Shown here: positions 48,122 to 58,145 of the stretch, piece after piece
Position numbering within the stretch: position 1 is the stretch's first letter
Layout of the letters: each line of letters opens with the position of its first letter
Assembly (NCBI GenBank): GCA_015055505.1
Contig: SVIB01000001.1
Span: 6,563-70,562, forward strand
Reading direction: 5' to 3'
Source: Clostridiales bacterium
Lineage (GTDB): Bacteria > Bacillota > Clostridia > Christensenellales > Borkfalkiaceae
Length of the DNA: 64,000 nt
The notes under the pieces: model-generated
Told to the model about the DNA's origin: nothing
What the model saw: the letters and a program-made list of their open reading frames with translations, nothing else
Database searches by the model: none
Position numbers and translations under genes: made by a program

Positions 48122-48922
48122 ATGTTATATTTTATATCAACTCCCGTTGGGAATTTAAAAGATATTACCTTGAGGGCGTTAGAGGTTTTAAACGAAGTGG
48201 ATATAATCGCTTGCGAGGATACGAGAACTTCGCTTAAACTTTTAAACCACTACGAGATAAAAAAACAACTCGTTTCATATCATAAATTTAATGAAAAACA
48301 GTCGGGTGAGAGGCTAATTGCCGACTTAAAGTCGGGTAAAAATATCGCCGTAATTACGGATGCGGGAACTCCCGTAATTTCAGACCCCGGTAACGTCTTG
48401 ACGAAAATGCTTGTCGAAGAGGGTATAGAATATACCGTAATCCCCGGCGCAACGGCGTTTGTGCCGGCGCTTATACTTTCGGGTATGGACGCTCAAAGAT
48501 TTGCCTTTATTGGCTTTTTGCCCGAAAAGAAAAGGGAGCAGGACGAACTCTTTTTTAAATATAAAAATCTCGATATGACGTTGATATTCTACTGCGCTCC
48601 GCACGACTTGAAAAAGACTGTTGAAACCCTTTATAAGGGTTTAGGCGAGAGAAAGGCGGCGGCAGTAAAGGAGATTACCAAACTCCACGAAAGCGTAGAG
48701 AGGTTTAATTTAAGCGAGGGCGTAAGCGAAGAAAACCCAAGAGGGGAATACGTCATTATCGTAGAGGGCGGAAAAGGTGAAGAAAACCCAAACCTATCCC
48801 TTTCGGTTGAAGAGCATATCAATTTATATATTGAAAAGGGTATGAGTAAAATGGACGCCGTCAAGACCGTTGCTAAAGAGCGTAAACTTCCCAAGTCGGA
48901 AATATACAAATACACGTTATAA
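48122..48922 (+). CDS. rsmI: 16S rRNA (cytidine1402-2'-O)-methyltransferase
   Basis: It has LYFISTPVGNLKDITLRALEVL...CEDTR and ISDPG motifs. Confidence 0.9.
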   Translation: MLYFISTPVGNLKDITLRALEVLNEVDIIACEDTRTSLKLLNHYEIKKQLVSYHKFNEKQSGERLIADLKSGKNIAVITDAGTPVISDPGNVLTKMLVEEGIEYTVIPGATAFVPALILSGMDAQRFAFIGFLPEKKREQDELFFKYKNLDMTLIFYCAPHDLKKTVETLYKGLGERKAAAVKEITKLHESVERFNLSEGVSEENPRGEYVIIVEGGKGEENPNLSLSVEEHINLYIEKGMSKMDAVKTVAKERKLPKSEIYKYTL

Positions 48923-49045
48923 TAACGGATTATAATATTTAATATTAATTATGCAAGAAATATTGCATAATAATACACAATATTTTGAATAATGAATAAA
49001 AATAAAATAAAAATGAAAAAATCCTAAATTTTTATGCAAAAACGT

Positions 49046-49074
49046 TTGACTTTAAAAATTTAAAGTGGTAATAT
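49046..49074 (+). promoter_or_regulatory. sigma-A type promoter of the amino-acid ABC operon
   Basis: It reads TTGACT, a 17-nt spacer, then TAATAT. Confidence 0.5.
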
Positions 49075-49125
49075 ACTGCTTGTAAATTGAAAAGACAAAA
49101 GCATACGATTTAGGAGAGATTTAAA

Positions 49126-49956
49126 ATGAAAAAACTAATCACTTTATTTTTAAGCATTGTTCTTACAGGACTTACGGCGTTTACGTTTGCATCATGCGGT
49201 AATACCTCGCCAAACACTGACGGGGCTATATACGTTGACACGAACGCATTTTTTGCTCCTTTTGAATATTACGACGGCACGGAGATTAAGGGCGTAGACG
49301 TAGACATTATGGAACTTGTCGGCAAAAAACTCAACAAAAAGGTAGTTATTGAAAATACCGATTTCTCGGTAATAATTGATAACGTTGCATCAGGCACTAA
49401 ATACGACTGTGGTGCGGCAGGTATTACTATTACTGAAAAGAGAAAAGAGAAAGTTGCATTTTCAACTCCGTATTTTACGAGTGTGCAATACGTTATAGTT
49501 GAAACCGGCAAACTTGAAAAGAGCGGTACGACCGAGGAAGGTGTTGACTACGTTTTATGGAGTGAACTTAAAGGCAAGGCAATCGGCGTACAAACGGATA
49601 CGACGGGAGATATTTACGTTGGAGATGAAATCGGCTTAGAAACGGGCGCTTTATATAACAGTGGGGCAACTAAAATAGGTTTTGATAACGCACAACTTGC
49701 AGTTGATGCGTTGAAAACTCAAGTTGATGCCGTTGTCGTTGATAAACTCCCTGCTGAATTTATAGTAAATAAAAGCGAGGGACTTAGTTGTTTTGCTTTA
49801 TACTACGACGCAAATACCGCAACTGAAGAAGAGTATGCAATTTGCGTAAATAAAAACAATACCGAACTTTTAAACGCAATTAACGAAGTATTGGCAGAAC
49901 TTGGCGAAGAGGGAATAAACGAACTCGTTGCAAAGCATCTTGGATTAGAGGATTAA
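49126..49956 (+). CDS. amino-acid ABC transporter substrate-binding lipoprotein
   Basis: It has a lipobox (FASC) and a family-3 SBP pattern (PFEY...GVDVDI...). Confidence 0.85.
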   Translation: MKKLITLFLSIVLTGLTAFTFASCGNTSPNTDGAIYVDTNAFFAPFEYYDGTEIKGVDVDIMELVGKKLNKKVVIENTDFSVIIDNVASGTKYDCGAAGITITEKRKEKVAFSTPYFTSVQYVIVETGKLEKSGTTEEGVDYVLWSELKGKAIGVQTDTTGDIYVGDEIGLETGALYNSGATKIGFDNAQLAVDALKTQVDAVVVDKLPAEFIVNKSEGLSCFALYYDANTATEEEYAICVNKNNTELLNAINEVLAELGEEGINELVAKHLGLED

Positions 49957-49964
49957 TGAACTCG

Positions 49965-49994
49965 AAAAACCGCTTTTTTATAAAAGCGGTTTTT
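49965..49994 (+). terminator. hairpin (attenuator or terminator) after the SBP gene
   Basis: The stem is AAAAACCGCTTTT/AAAAGCGGTTTTT. Confidence 0.55.
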
Positions 49995-50015
49995 ACTGTG
50001 AAGTGAGGAAAAATA

Positions 50016-50738
50016 ATGATAAACAACTTATTGGCGACCTTATTTGAAAATATAGGCGAGATATTTTCAGAAGTAAAATACCTTGAACTTATTTTAGAAG
50101 GGTTTGAAATTACTCTTAAAATTTCGATTGGCGCGGCTATTATCGGTCTTATTTTAGGAACTTTAGTGGCAATAATAAAAATAGCAACCGAAACGGGCAA
50201 AGGTAACAAATGGCTAAAAATTCCAAATGCAGTGTGTGAAATATACGTAACGGTCGTAAGGGGCACTCCTATGGCTTTGCAACTTTTCTTGATGTCTTTC
50301 GTTGTGTTTGCAATAAGAGGATTTCCGCAACTGGTAGTTGCAATAATTGCATTCGGCATAAACAGCGGTGCTTACGTTTCGGAAAACATAAGAGCGGGCA
50401 TTATGTCGGTTGATAAAGGACAAACGGAGGCAGGAAGAGCGTTAGGTCTTTCAAGTAGCCGTACTTTGGTAGGAATAGTTATTCCGCAAGGTGTTAAAAA
50501 CGTAATACCTGCTATCGGTAACGAACTTATAGCCTTAGTAAAGGAAACGTCTATAGTTAGCATGATAGGTATGATAGATTTAACGCAAGCGTCTAAAATT
50601 ATCGGCTCGGGGCAAAATCTTGCCTCATATTTAGCGCCAATGCTTGTAGTTGCTATGTGCTATCTTGCCATAGTGTATTTTTTGACTTTCATTATAAAAG
50701 TAATTGAAAGGAGGTTGAGAAAGAGTGATAAGCGTTAA
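50016..50738 (+). CDS. amino-acid ABC transporter permease (HisMQ/GlnP family)
   Basis: It has an EAA-like loop ([14 protein letters not shown]) and 5 TM segments. Confidence 0.88.
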   Translation: MINNLLATLFENIGEIFSEVKYLELILEGFEITLKISIGAAIIGLILGTLVAIIKIATETGKGNKWLKIPNAVCEIYVTVVRGTPMALQLFLMSFVVFAIRGFPQLVVAIIAFGINSGAYVSENIRAGIMSVDKGQTEAGRALGLSSSRTLVGIVIPQGVKNVIPAIGNELIALVKETSIVSMIGMIDLTQASKIIGSGQNLASYLAPMLVVAMCYLAIVYFLTFIIKVIERRLRKSDKR

Positions 50739-51618
50739 AAACGTATATAAAAATTTTGGCGGTTTACAAGTTTTAAAAGGAGTAAATCTTGAAATTGAAA
50801 AAGGCGAGAAAGTAGTACTTATCGGTCCGTCGGGATCGGGGAAAAGCACCTTGCTTAGATGTCTTAACCGATTAGAAGATGTTTCGTACGGCGAAATTTG
50901 GTTTGACGGAAAGATGATTACTCCTTCAGGGCCTTATCTTCACGACGACGTTATAAAAGTTTCAAATACGTATAAAAAACTACTCAAAAAGGGTGAAGAC
51001 GAAGAAGTTCTTTTAGAGAAAATAAAGAGTGAAAGGCTTTTAAAGAAATGGGAAGGTTTTGAATTTAAAAAACTGCTTAGCCAAAAGCAAAAAGAGTGCG
51101 GAATTGACATAAACCTCGCCCGTAGAAAAATAGGAATGGTTTTCCAGCATTTTAATCTTTTTAATAATATGACAGTGCTAAAAAACCTAACTTACGCGCC
51201 CGTAAAACTTAAACTTCTCACAAAACAAGAGGCTGAAGAAAAGGCTCTTTCGTTACTTGAAAGAATTGACTTAAAAGATAAAGCAAACGTCTATCCTGCA
51301 ACCTTATCGGGGGGACAAAAACAGCGTATAGCAATAGTAAGGTCTTTAATGCTTAACCCTGAGGTTATGCTCTTTGACGAGCCGACTTCTGCCTTAGACC
51401 CCGAAATGGTAGGAGAGGTGTTATCGCTTATGAAAGAACTTGCATTAGGCGGAATGACGATGGTTGTCGTAACTCACGAAATGGGGTTTGCGAGGGACGT
51501 TGGGTCTAAAATCGTATTTATGGACGAGGGTAAAATTACCGAGGTTGCAACGCCGGAAGAGTTTTTTACAAATCCAAAAACGGACAGGTTAAAAGAATTC
51601 TTGTCGAAAGTTTTGTAA
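50725..51618 (+). CDS. amino-acid ABC transporter ATP-binding protein with an insertion of about 55 aa
   Basis: It has Walker [10 protein letters not shown], signature LSGGQKQR and Walker [10 protein letters not shown] lysine-rich insert lies between the Walker A region and the Q-loop. The start is GTG. Confidence 0.88.
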   Translation: MISVKNVYKNFGGLQVLKGVNLEIEKGEKVVLIGPSGSGKSTLLRCLNRLEDVSYGEIWFDGKMITPSGPYLHDDVIKVSNTYKKLLKKGEDEEVLLEKIKSERLLKKWEGFEFKKLLSQKQKECGIDINLARRKIGMVFQHFNLFNNMTVLKNLTYAPVKLKLLTKQEAEEKALSLLERIDLKDKANVYPATLSGGQKQRIAIVRSLMLNPEVMLFDEPTSALDPEMVGEVLSLMKELALGGMTMVVVTHEMGFARDVGSKIVFMDEGKITEVATPEEFFTNPKTDRLKEFLSKVL

Positions 51619-51713
51619 TTTTTACTGAAAAAGTATAATAATTGATTAAAAGTATTGACAAAATTTTTAATATAAATTATACTATAAGTATCTATTATAA
51701 GTAGGGGTCTAAT

Positions 51714-52397
51714 ATGAAAAAGGTTTTATCGGTAATTGCGATATTGATAATTTCAACTCTTTGTTTTGCGGGTTGTAATTTCGTTAAAGATAAAGAGGCA
51801 AGCACGGCGACTTCAAATGAATATTTTGATTTTGCCGAAGTAGAAGGCGGTTATTCCATTTCAGTAAAAGAAGGCGTAACTCTTCCCGAAACTGTACAAC
51901 TTCCGTCAACTTACAACGAAAAAGACGTCGTTGCAGTTGCTAAAAACGCTTTTAAAAATAACACTACGGTAACAAAAGTCGTTATCCCCGAAGGGTATAA
52001 AACGATTGGAAGCGAGGCGTTTGCTTTTTGTACCGCTCTTAAAACTTTAGAAATCGGTAGCATTAGCGGAACGACTGCTAAGGGTACGGTAATTGGTATG
52101 AGCGCGTTCAAAGGCTGTACTTCATTATACGACGTAAAACTCGGTAAAGACGTAAAAGAAATTGGCGCATACGCTTTTTATGAAACGAAAATTACTTCCG
52201 TTGTTACCTTGAAAAACGTTGAAAAAATCGGCGCTTGCGCTTTTGCAAAGTGTTCGTCACTTTCAAGATTCTACGTTCCTGCAAGCCTTGTTGATATAGC
52301 AGAGGACGCTTTCGAGGGATCTACAAACGTTAAGTTTGAAATAGCAGAAAGCAATACCGCATACGACGTTGTAAATAATGAACTTGTAAAATTATAA
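51714..52397 (+). CDS. leucine-rich repeat (BspA-type LRR_5) lipoprotein
   Basis: It has a lipobox (FAGC) and repeated AF..C..L..V.IP....IG..AF units. Confidence 0.75.
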   Translation: MKKVLSVIAILIISTLCFAGCNFVKDKEASTATSNEYFDFAEVEGGYSISVKEGVTLPETVQLPSTYNEKDVVAVAKNAFKNNTTVTKVVIPEGYKTIGSEAFAFCTALKTLEIGSISGTTAKGTVIGMSAFKGCTSLYDVKLGKDVKEIGAYAFYETKITSVVTLKNVEKIGACAFAKCSSLSRFYVPASLVDIAEDAFEGSTNVKFEIAESNTAYDVVNNELVKL

Positions 52398-52444
52398 TAA
52401 GTAATAAGCCACACGAAAGTGTGGCTTGTTTTTACGGAGAGATT

Positions 52445-53026
52445 ATGGAATACGATTTTTTTGCATATCTTAGCAGAATGAAATATATAAAGAGATGGGC
52501 GCTTATGCGTTCAACCGTCGAAGAAAACGTAAAAGAACACAGTTGGGACGTTGCGGTTATTGCGCACTCTTTGGCAATTATAGAAAATAAGATTTTTGGC
52601 GGAAAGGTAGACGAATATAAAACTTTTGCTTTAGCGACTTATCACGAGGCGGGAGAGGTAATTACGGGTGATTTGCCAACGCCAATAAAGTATTTTAACA
52701 GCCAAATAAATACGGCATACAAAGATTTGGAAAAACTCGCTTGCGAAAAACTTTTAGATAAACTTCCCGAGGAGCTTAAATCGTCGTATGCTGAATTTAT
52801 TACTCCAAACGAAACTTCAATAGAATATAAAATAATGAAATCCGCGGATAGAATTGCCGCATATATAAAGTGCGTTGAAGAGGTTAAAAGCGGTAATAAA
52901 GAATTTGCAAAGGCAAAGAAAACGGTGTGGAAGACGATAGAGAAAAGCGACTTAAACTGCGTAAAATATTTTGTCGAAAACATAATGCCGTCTTTTGAGA
53001 AAACTCTCGACGATTTAGAAATTTAA
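52445..53026 (+). CDS. HD-domain 5'-deoxynucleotidase (YfbR-like)
   Basis: It has the RMKYIKRWALMRSTVEENVKEHSW pattern and the HD motif HEAGEVITGD. I chose the ATG after GGAGAG, because the upstream part of the ORF overlaps a terminator hairpin (52408-52429). Confidence 0.8.
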   Translation: MEYDFFAYLSRMKYIKRWALMRSTVEENVKEHSWDVAVIAHSLAIIENKIFGGKVDEYKTFALATYHEAGEVITGDLPTPIKYFNSQINTAYKDLEKLACEKLLDKLPEELKSSYAEFITPNETSIEYKIMKSADRIAAYIKCVEEVKSGNKEFAKAKKTVWKTIEKSDLNCVKYFVENIMPSFEKTLDDLEI

Positions 53027-53076
53027 GAATAAGACACCAAACTTAGGTCAATAATAAGACCAAGGAGGTGGATTTT

Positions 53077-53232
53077 ATGAATAGATTAAATCCCGGAGAT
53101 AATGCTCCAAAGAGCGGAACTTACAAAATTTTAGACGGTAGCGGAAAGCAAATCGGTACTGTTGAGGTAAAAAAGGGTAATAGAATGCCCCCAACGCAAA
53201 GTTCGGAATATTATTACGAATTTGAAGGATAA
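53077..53232 (+). CDS. YjzC-like small protein (51 aa, absent from the ORF track)
   Basis: My hand translation is MNRLNPGDNAPKSGTYKILDGSGKQIGTVEVKKGNRMPPTQSSEYYYEFEG. It has a strong AAGGAGGTG RBS. Confidence 0.6.
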   Translation: MNRLNPGDNAPKSGTYKILDGSGKQIGTVEVKKGNRMPPTQSSEYYYEFEG

Positions 53233-53297
53233 AATTTAATAGAGAAACGGCGATTTTCCTTAATTGACGAAAAAATAGGGAAAGTCGCCTTTTTTTG

Positions 53298-53326
53298 TTG
53301 ACAAAAAGTTTAAGTGAGAGTAAAAT
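53298..53326 (+). promoter_or_regulatory. sigma-A type promoter of the riboswitch operon
   Basis: It reads TTGACA, a 17-nt spacer, then TAAAAT. Confidence 0.55.
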
Positions 53327-53349
53327 ACAATTAAGTTCATAACGTTACG

Positions 53350-53530
53350 AGTTGCTAAAAATAAGCAGAGAGTAGGGGAAGTGCGGTGAAAATCCGTCGC
53401 AACAGCCATTACCGTAAAGTCGGGTAACCTACCGTAACTTTAATTTCTTGGGTAAACGGAGAGAAAACAGCGTTCCAAGTTTTTGTGGTGCGCTTTTTTT
53501 ATAACGCCCGAAAGGGTGTATTTTTTTAGG
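53350..53530 (+). promoter_or_regulatory. cobalamin (B12) riboswitch with terminator
   Basis: The core is AGGGGAAGTGCGGTGAAAATCCGTCGCAACAGCC and a B12-box-like AAGTCGGGTAACCTACC is present. The hairpin ACGCCC-GAAA-GGGTGT plus T7 sits just before the RBS. Confidence 0.8.
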
Positions 53531-53556
53531 CGGAAACGCCGAAGGAGTGAACTTTT

Positions 53557-54018
53557 ATGAGAAAATTTTTCAATTTAACCAAACTATTCGCGGTTGCAAT
53601 TCTATCAATTTGCTGTATTTTATGCGCAGGTTGCGAGAACACCTCTTTTTTGGGTGAAAGTGGTGAAAAGACAAGTGAAAGCAGTCAAACAAGCGTTTCG
53701 CCCGTCGTTATTACCGTAAACGACGATTACGAAGTGGCAAACGGCGATACTTTAATAGATTATATGAATTTATTAAAGACCGACGGAAAGATTAGTTTTA
53801 CCGTTGCCGACGGTTTTGTAACCTCAATAAACGGCATAGAAAATCCTGCCGATGGGTCAAAGTGTTGGATGCTCTATACTGACGATACCGAAAACACAAA
53901 TTCGGCGTGGGGAAGCGTTGAAGTTGACGGAGTGACCTATTATTCAGCAGCGATAGGCGCGGACGTAATACATATTAAAAAAGGGTGTACCTACGTCTGG
54001 TATTATCTTTCTTTCTAA
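53557..54018 (+). CDS. DUF4430 (transcobalamin-like) lipoprotein
   Basis: It has a lipobox (CAGC) and the DUF4430 pattern (GFVTSINGIENPADGSKCWMLYTDD...). Confidence 0.7.
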   Translation: MRKFFNLTKLFAVAILSICCILCAGCENTSFLGESGEKTSESSQTSVSPVVITVNDDYEVANGDTLIDYMNLLKTDGKISFTVADGFVTSINGIENPADGSKCWMLYTDDTENTNSAWGSVEVDGVTYYSAAIGADVIHIKKGCTYVWYYLSF

Positions 54019-54548
54019 TGTTTAGGTCGGCAAAGGAAATTGCCTTTATAGGGGTTACGGTTGCCCTTTTAATAGGCGGTCAACTGGTTTTATCCGCAAT
54101 AAGCGGAATAGAAATCGTAACGGTTATTTTTGCCGTTTACTGCTTTATATTCGGCGTTTTTAGAGGGGTTGTAACGGCTACCGCATTTTCACTTGTAAGG
54201 TGCATAGTTTTTGGGTTTTTCCCTCAAGTAGTCGTATTGTATCTTATATATTACAATCTGTTTGCAGTTGTTTTAGGACTTTTGGGTAAGTGGCTTAAGT
54301 CTTCGTCCTTGCCAATGAAAATTGGGGTAATTACGCTTGTTTGCGTGCTACTAACGATTGTTTTTACTCTCATTGATAACCTATTAAATATTTGGGTTTT
54401 AGGCGTTATATCGCCAACGGTAAAGAAAATTTATATTCTTCAGTCTATTCCCGTTGCAATAACGCAAGCCGTATCAAATGCAGTAATCGTTCCACTGTTA
54501 TTTTATCCTTTGTATAAGGTATATACAAGCGCAAAGAAAAGATTATGA
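54018..54548 (+). CDS. small polytopic membrane protein, possible ECF S-component (CbrT-like)
   Basis: It has 5-6 TM segments and an ATG overlapping the upstream stop (TAATG). It lies under the B12 riboswitch. Confidence 0.45.
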   Translation: MFRSAKEIAFIGVTVALLIGGQLVLSAISGIEIVTVIFAVYCFIFGVFRGVVTATAFSLVRCIVFGFFPQVVVLYLIYYNLFAVVLGLLGKWLKSSSLPMKIGVITLVCVLLTIVFTLIDNLLNIWVLGVISPTVKKIYILQSIPVAITQAVSNAVIVPLLFYPLYKVYTSAKKRL

Positions 54549-54562
54549 TTTATTTTTAAGAT

Positions 54563-54593
54563 AGCGCCCGTCGGCATTTTGCCGACGGGCGCT
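54563..54593. terminator. terminator hairpin
   Basis: The 13-bp stem is AGCGCCCGTCGGC/GCCGACGGGCGCT. Confidence 0.7.
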
Positions 54594-54620
54594 TTGTATA
54601 AAATGACTTAATTTAAGACA

Positions 54621-54650
54621 AATAAAAAGCGGAGCTAAAAACTCCGCTTT
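54621..54650 (-). terminator. rho-independent terminator of the 940-aa gene
   Basis: The stem is AAAGCGGAG/CTCCGCTTT, with a T-run on the - strand. Confidence 0.7.
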
Positions 54651-54655
54651 AATTG

Positions 54656-57478
54656 TTAGTTATTGTCAGGATTGTCGTAGTCGTATTCTTTTTCGTTGTC
54701 TTCAGCGTCGGGAACTGCTACGTCGCCACCCTTTGAATATCTGTTGTTTTTGTTGTAACCTTGGTGATAATAAGTCTTGGTCTTGTTCTTCTTGCTCGTC
54801 TTCTTGCTGAACGATTTTCTTACGATAATCGCTACGAGAGCGCCAATAAGAGCGATAGCAATTAATATCGAAGTAACTTGTAACCATCCGTAGTTGTCAA
54901 CGGTTTCAACGTTTTCGTCGCTCGTAGATTCGGTAGATTCTTCTTCCTCTACAACCTCAGCAGGTTCAATAACGTATTTAATAACGTCAAAGTTATAGTA
55001 TTGAACGAGTTTAGCAGTTGAAGAAGTGTTGTTTTTAACAGTACCAAAAGTAGTAATTTCTAATTCTTTAGCAACGTCGTATCTGTCGTTACCGTCGTCG
55101 TCTTTAAGACGGTTAGTGTCGTTTTTAGCGTCGGTTTCGTTTTCGTAGTAGTAAATTTTACCGTCCTTTTGAGTGAATTTATCGGGAGCAGTGAAATTGT
55201 AATCGGCTTCAAAAGCGTTCTTTACGCTGTCAACTGAACTGTAAGAAGTTGACGAAGTTCCTGCCGAAATAGAGTCGAATAATGCAACACCTGCGTTGTT
55301 AAGACCGAATTCAAGTCTTAAATTTAAAGGTTCTTTACCTGCAGTTACGATAAAGGTTACTTGCGCGTATCCGTCAAGGAAAGTAGAACAGTCAACGTTT
55401 GAAACTTCAACTTCCATCTTGTAGTCGCCCTTTACGTTGTAAGACATAACTGCTTTATCGCTCGTAGACGCGTCGCCCATATTTACGAGGTTTACAAACG
55501 CCTTAGCGTCGCCGTGTGCGTAAACTTTAACGGAGAATACGTAAGTTGACTTTGCAGAAACGGTTACGCTGTTTGCCGCAACGTAAACTTGTTCGTTTGC
55601 TGAGTTTTGAACGAGAAGTGCTTGTACGTCGGTGTTTTCGTTTTGGATTTTACCTTTTACAAAAGCAAGAGCATTTTTAAGATTATCGTTAGTATAAAGG
55701 CTTGCGTACTTACTGTTTACAACACCTACGGTTGCAGTCGTAGAATCGGGAGTGTAAAGGTTTACGCTCGTAAGGTCGTTAAGATTTACGATTTCGCCTT
55801 GTTCCATACGGAGAGATGCGTTAGTACCAACGGTTATAGAATAACTGTCTTTACTTTCACTCTCTTCATCATCTTCGTCTTCTACGTAATCGTTATTATA
55901 TTTACCGGTAAGAGTACCTTTTTTAGCCCTCGTATCAGTAGAAGTATCTGCGATAGAGTAGTTGTCTTCGCTAATGTCTTCATATTCAAAATCTTTGAAG
56001 ATTGCATATCCAATAGGAAGAGTTTTAATATCGGTTACGCTTGCTCTGTCGGTAGGACCGAAAGAGAACTTAATAGCGTATTCCATATTGTCAGCGGGGA
56101 AGTTGTTTGCAAGGTAGAAAGTGTATCTTGCAAAGTCACCGTTTTTATCGTTTTCGTAATCTTCAGTAGAAACGTTATCGAAAGTAGCAACAGGGTTTCC
56201 GGTAATTTCGCCGTTTACAACGTTGTACACGGACATAGTTGCTTTAGTGTCGGCGTTACGAGCGGAAATTTTTGCCCAGAAAGAAATTCTTCTATAAGTT
56301 TCGTAGGGAAGAGTGAAAGTCTTAGTCGTATAAGTGTAAGACGAACCGATATTCTTTAAAGAACTGAAATCCATATAGATAGCGTTCTTGAAAGTATTGC
56401 CGTCAACGGTCGTATCTGCAGTAACGTAACCTGCGTTACCCTTAGCCTCAATTTCGTATCCGCCGTTAGGATTGTTAATGTTAACGTTATTGAAAGCGCC
56501 GTTTCCACCGCTTACGTCTAAAGATGCCGAAGTACCTTCTGCTAAACTGAGGTTAACGGTAGTTTTAGTAGTGTAAGCGCTTGCGTCAACGATAAAATCT
56601 TCGTTAGCGGTCGTAGCCGACTTGGTTACGGTTGCGGTTGCAGTTGCAGTCGTATAGTCTTCTTTGGAAACGTAATCAAACGTAATACTGTCAAAGTAAG
56701 CAAATCCGTTACAAAGTTTTTCTTTGTTGTGCTTGTTGCCTTGTCCAAGACCTAATACTAAAGTATAAGTAGTTGCCTTAGTTTGGTTTGGCTCAAGATA
56801 GATAACGTAATTTATCCATTGACCTTTAGTGTCAATGTTTTCAATCATAAGAGGATCGTAAGTTGCGTTATCTTCACTAACGACGTTATTCTTAACTTTA
56901 ATATAAGCGCCTGCTTTTGCGCCGAGGTAAGTGGTGATACCGTCCGTTCTTACCCATACCGAAAGTTTACCGTATTGACCTGCGCTGAGTTTTAAAGAGG
57001 TCGAAGAGGTGTAGTAATGAGCGGTATACTCAGTGCTGTGAAGCATAAGAATTTTCGTTCCTGCCTCGTTAGCCTCTGTATTTTCGTCGTCAGCGGTTAA
57101 AGGCGTTTTGGGGTTTACGGTGTTTTTGTGGTTAGAAGAAAGTTTGCCGTACGCCTCGTCAGCAGTGTCAATCATACCTCTTGAAGATGTAGACGCAGTT
57201 GCATAGGGAGCGCCGTCGGTCGTATAACTCCAACTCGAAGGAGTTGCGGGGAAACTCGAACTGCTTGAAAACTCAAAGTCGCCGTTTTTAAGAGTTTGGT
57301 TATCCGTCTTAGTTTCCTTAGATTCCGAAGTGGACGTCGAATCGGAAGTAGATTCCGAAGTGGATTCTCCGCCGTTATTGTTACATGCAATAGCAAATAC
57401 CATTACGAAGGTAAGCATAAGCACGGTCAAAAACGTGAGAAGTGTTTTTAAGTTTAATTTGCTTTCAGTTTTGTTCAT
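54656..57478 (-). CDS. large surface lipoprotein-like protein with a C-terminal TM anchor
   Basis: The protein is 940 aa. It has an N-terminal signal with lipobox (FAIAC), an S/T-rich linker, a large ectodomain, a TM segment (ILIAIALIGALVAIIV) and a basic tail. I recognise no family. Confidence 0.6.
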   Translation of the reverse strand: MNKTESKLNLKTLLTFLTVLMLTFVMVFAIACNNNGGESTSESTSDSTSTSESKETKTDNQTLKNGDFEFSSSSSFPATPSSWSYTTDGAPYATASTSSRGMIDTADEAYGKLSSNHKNTVNPKTPLTADDENTEANEAGTKILMLHSTEYTAHYYTSSTSLKLSAGQYGKLSVWVRTDGITTYLGAKAGAYIKVKNNVVSEDNATYDPLMIENIDTKGQWINYVIYLEPNQTKATTYTLVLGLGQGNKHNKEKLCNGFAYFDSITFDYVSKEDYTTATATATVTKSATTANEDFIVDASAYTTKTTVNLSLAEGTSASLDVSGGNGAFNNVNINNPNGGYEIEAKGNAGYVTADTTVDGNTFKNAIYMDFSSLKNIGSSYTYTTKTFTLPYETYRRISFWAKISARNADTKATMSVYNVVNGEITGNPVATFDNVSTEDYENDKNGDFARYTFYLANNFPADNMEYAIKFSFGPTDRASVTDIKTLPIGYAIFKDFEYEDISEDNYSIADTSTDTRAKKGTLTGKYNNDYVEDEDDEESESKDSYSITVGTNASLRMEQGEIVNLNDLTSVNLYTPDSTTATVGVVNSKYASLYTNDNLKNALAFVKGKIQNENTDVQALLVQNSANEQVYVAANSVTVSAKSTYVFSVKVYAHGDAKAFVNLVNMGDASTSDKAVMSYNVKGDYKMEVEVSNVDCSTFLDGYAQVTFIVTAGKEPLNLRLEFGLNNAGVALFDSISAGTSSTSYSSVDSVKNAFEADYNFTAPDKFTQKDGKIYYYENETDAKNDTNRLKDDDGNDRYDVAKELEITTFGTVKNNTSSTAKLVQYYNFDVIKYVIEPAEVVEEEESTESTSDENVETVDNYGWLQVTSILIAIALIGALVAIIVRKSFSKKTSKKNKTKTYYHQGYNKNNRYSKGGDVAVPDAEDNEKEYDYDNPDNN

Positions 57479-57730
57479 AAGTCACCTTTTGCACAAATTT
57501 GAATTTTTAATCCATTACATTATACAATATTTTTTCGCTAATTGCAATTTATTTAAGGCAATATCGCTAAATTTTCATAATAATTTATAATATTTTTTGC
57601 GCGCGCGATAGAACTTACCTAAATTTGGAGCATAAAATTTCTGCAAACAGGAGATAATAAAAAGGTAAAACGGCGTAAAATTTAAAAAAATTAAATTTTA
57701 CGCCGTGAGAAAAACAGAATAAAAGTGAGA

Positions 57731-57744
57731 AAATCGACTTATAG
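57731..57744 (-). repeat. dispersed motif copy (1 mismatch)
   Basis: The sequence is aaatcgacttatag, 30 nt upstream of the TauE-half gene. Confidence 0.85.
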
Positions 57745-57774
57745 GGGCACTTTTATTGGTTTAAGAGGTGAAAA

Positions 57775-58143
57775 ATGAGCGAAGAAATCAAAAATAAGGT
57801 GTATATGGCTCTAACGGGCGCTTTGACGGGGCTTGCTAACGGCTTTTTCGGGGGTGGCGGAGGAATGATTGTCGTTCCGCTTATGAGTTTTTTATTGAAG
57901 ATGAAAACTAAGACTGCGCACGCAACCGCCCTTGCCGTAATTTTGCCTATTACCGTCGTAAGCGCAATAGTGTATTTTACAAGCGGTAATTTTGACTTTG
58001 CTACGGGAATACCGTCGGGTGTCGGCGTCGTTTTAGGGGGAATAATCGGGGCGTGGCTACTTGGAAAACTAAGCGCAAATTGGCTGACTAAAATATTTGC
58101 GGTCGTAATGCTCGTTGCGGGGGTGAAATCACTGTTTTTTTGA
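57775..58143 (+). CDS. TauE/SafE (TSUP) family half-transporter, part 1
   Basis: It has 4 TM segments and a GGGGGMIVVPLM motif. Confidence 0.7.
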   Translation: MSEEIKNKVYMALTGALTGLANGFFGGGGGMIVVPLMSFLLKMKTKTAHATALAVILPITVVSAIVYFTSGNFDFATGIPSGVGVVLGGIIGAWLLGKLSANWLTKIFAVVMLVAGVKSLFF

Positions 58144-58145
58144 TT

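Noticed and set aside
57596-57610. An alternating GCGCGCGCGAT tract occurs here, and a similar TGCGCGCGATAT occurs at 63149-63160. Both lie upstream of membrane-protein genes.
   Set aside because: There are only two short copies. They stand out only because the genome is AT-rich, and the evidence is insufficient to call a motif.
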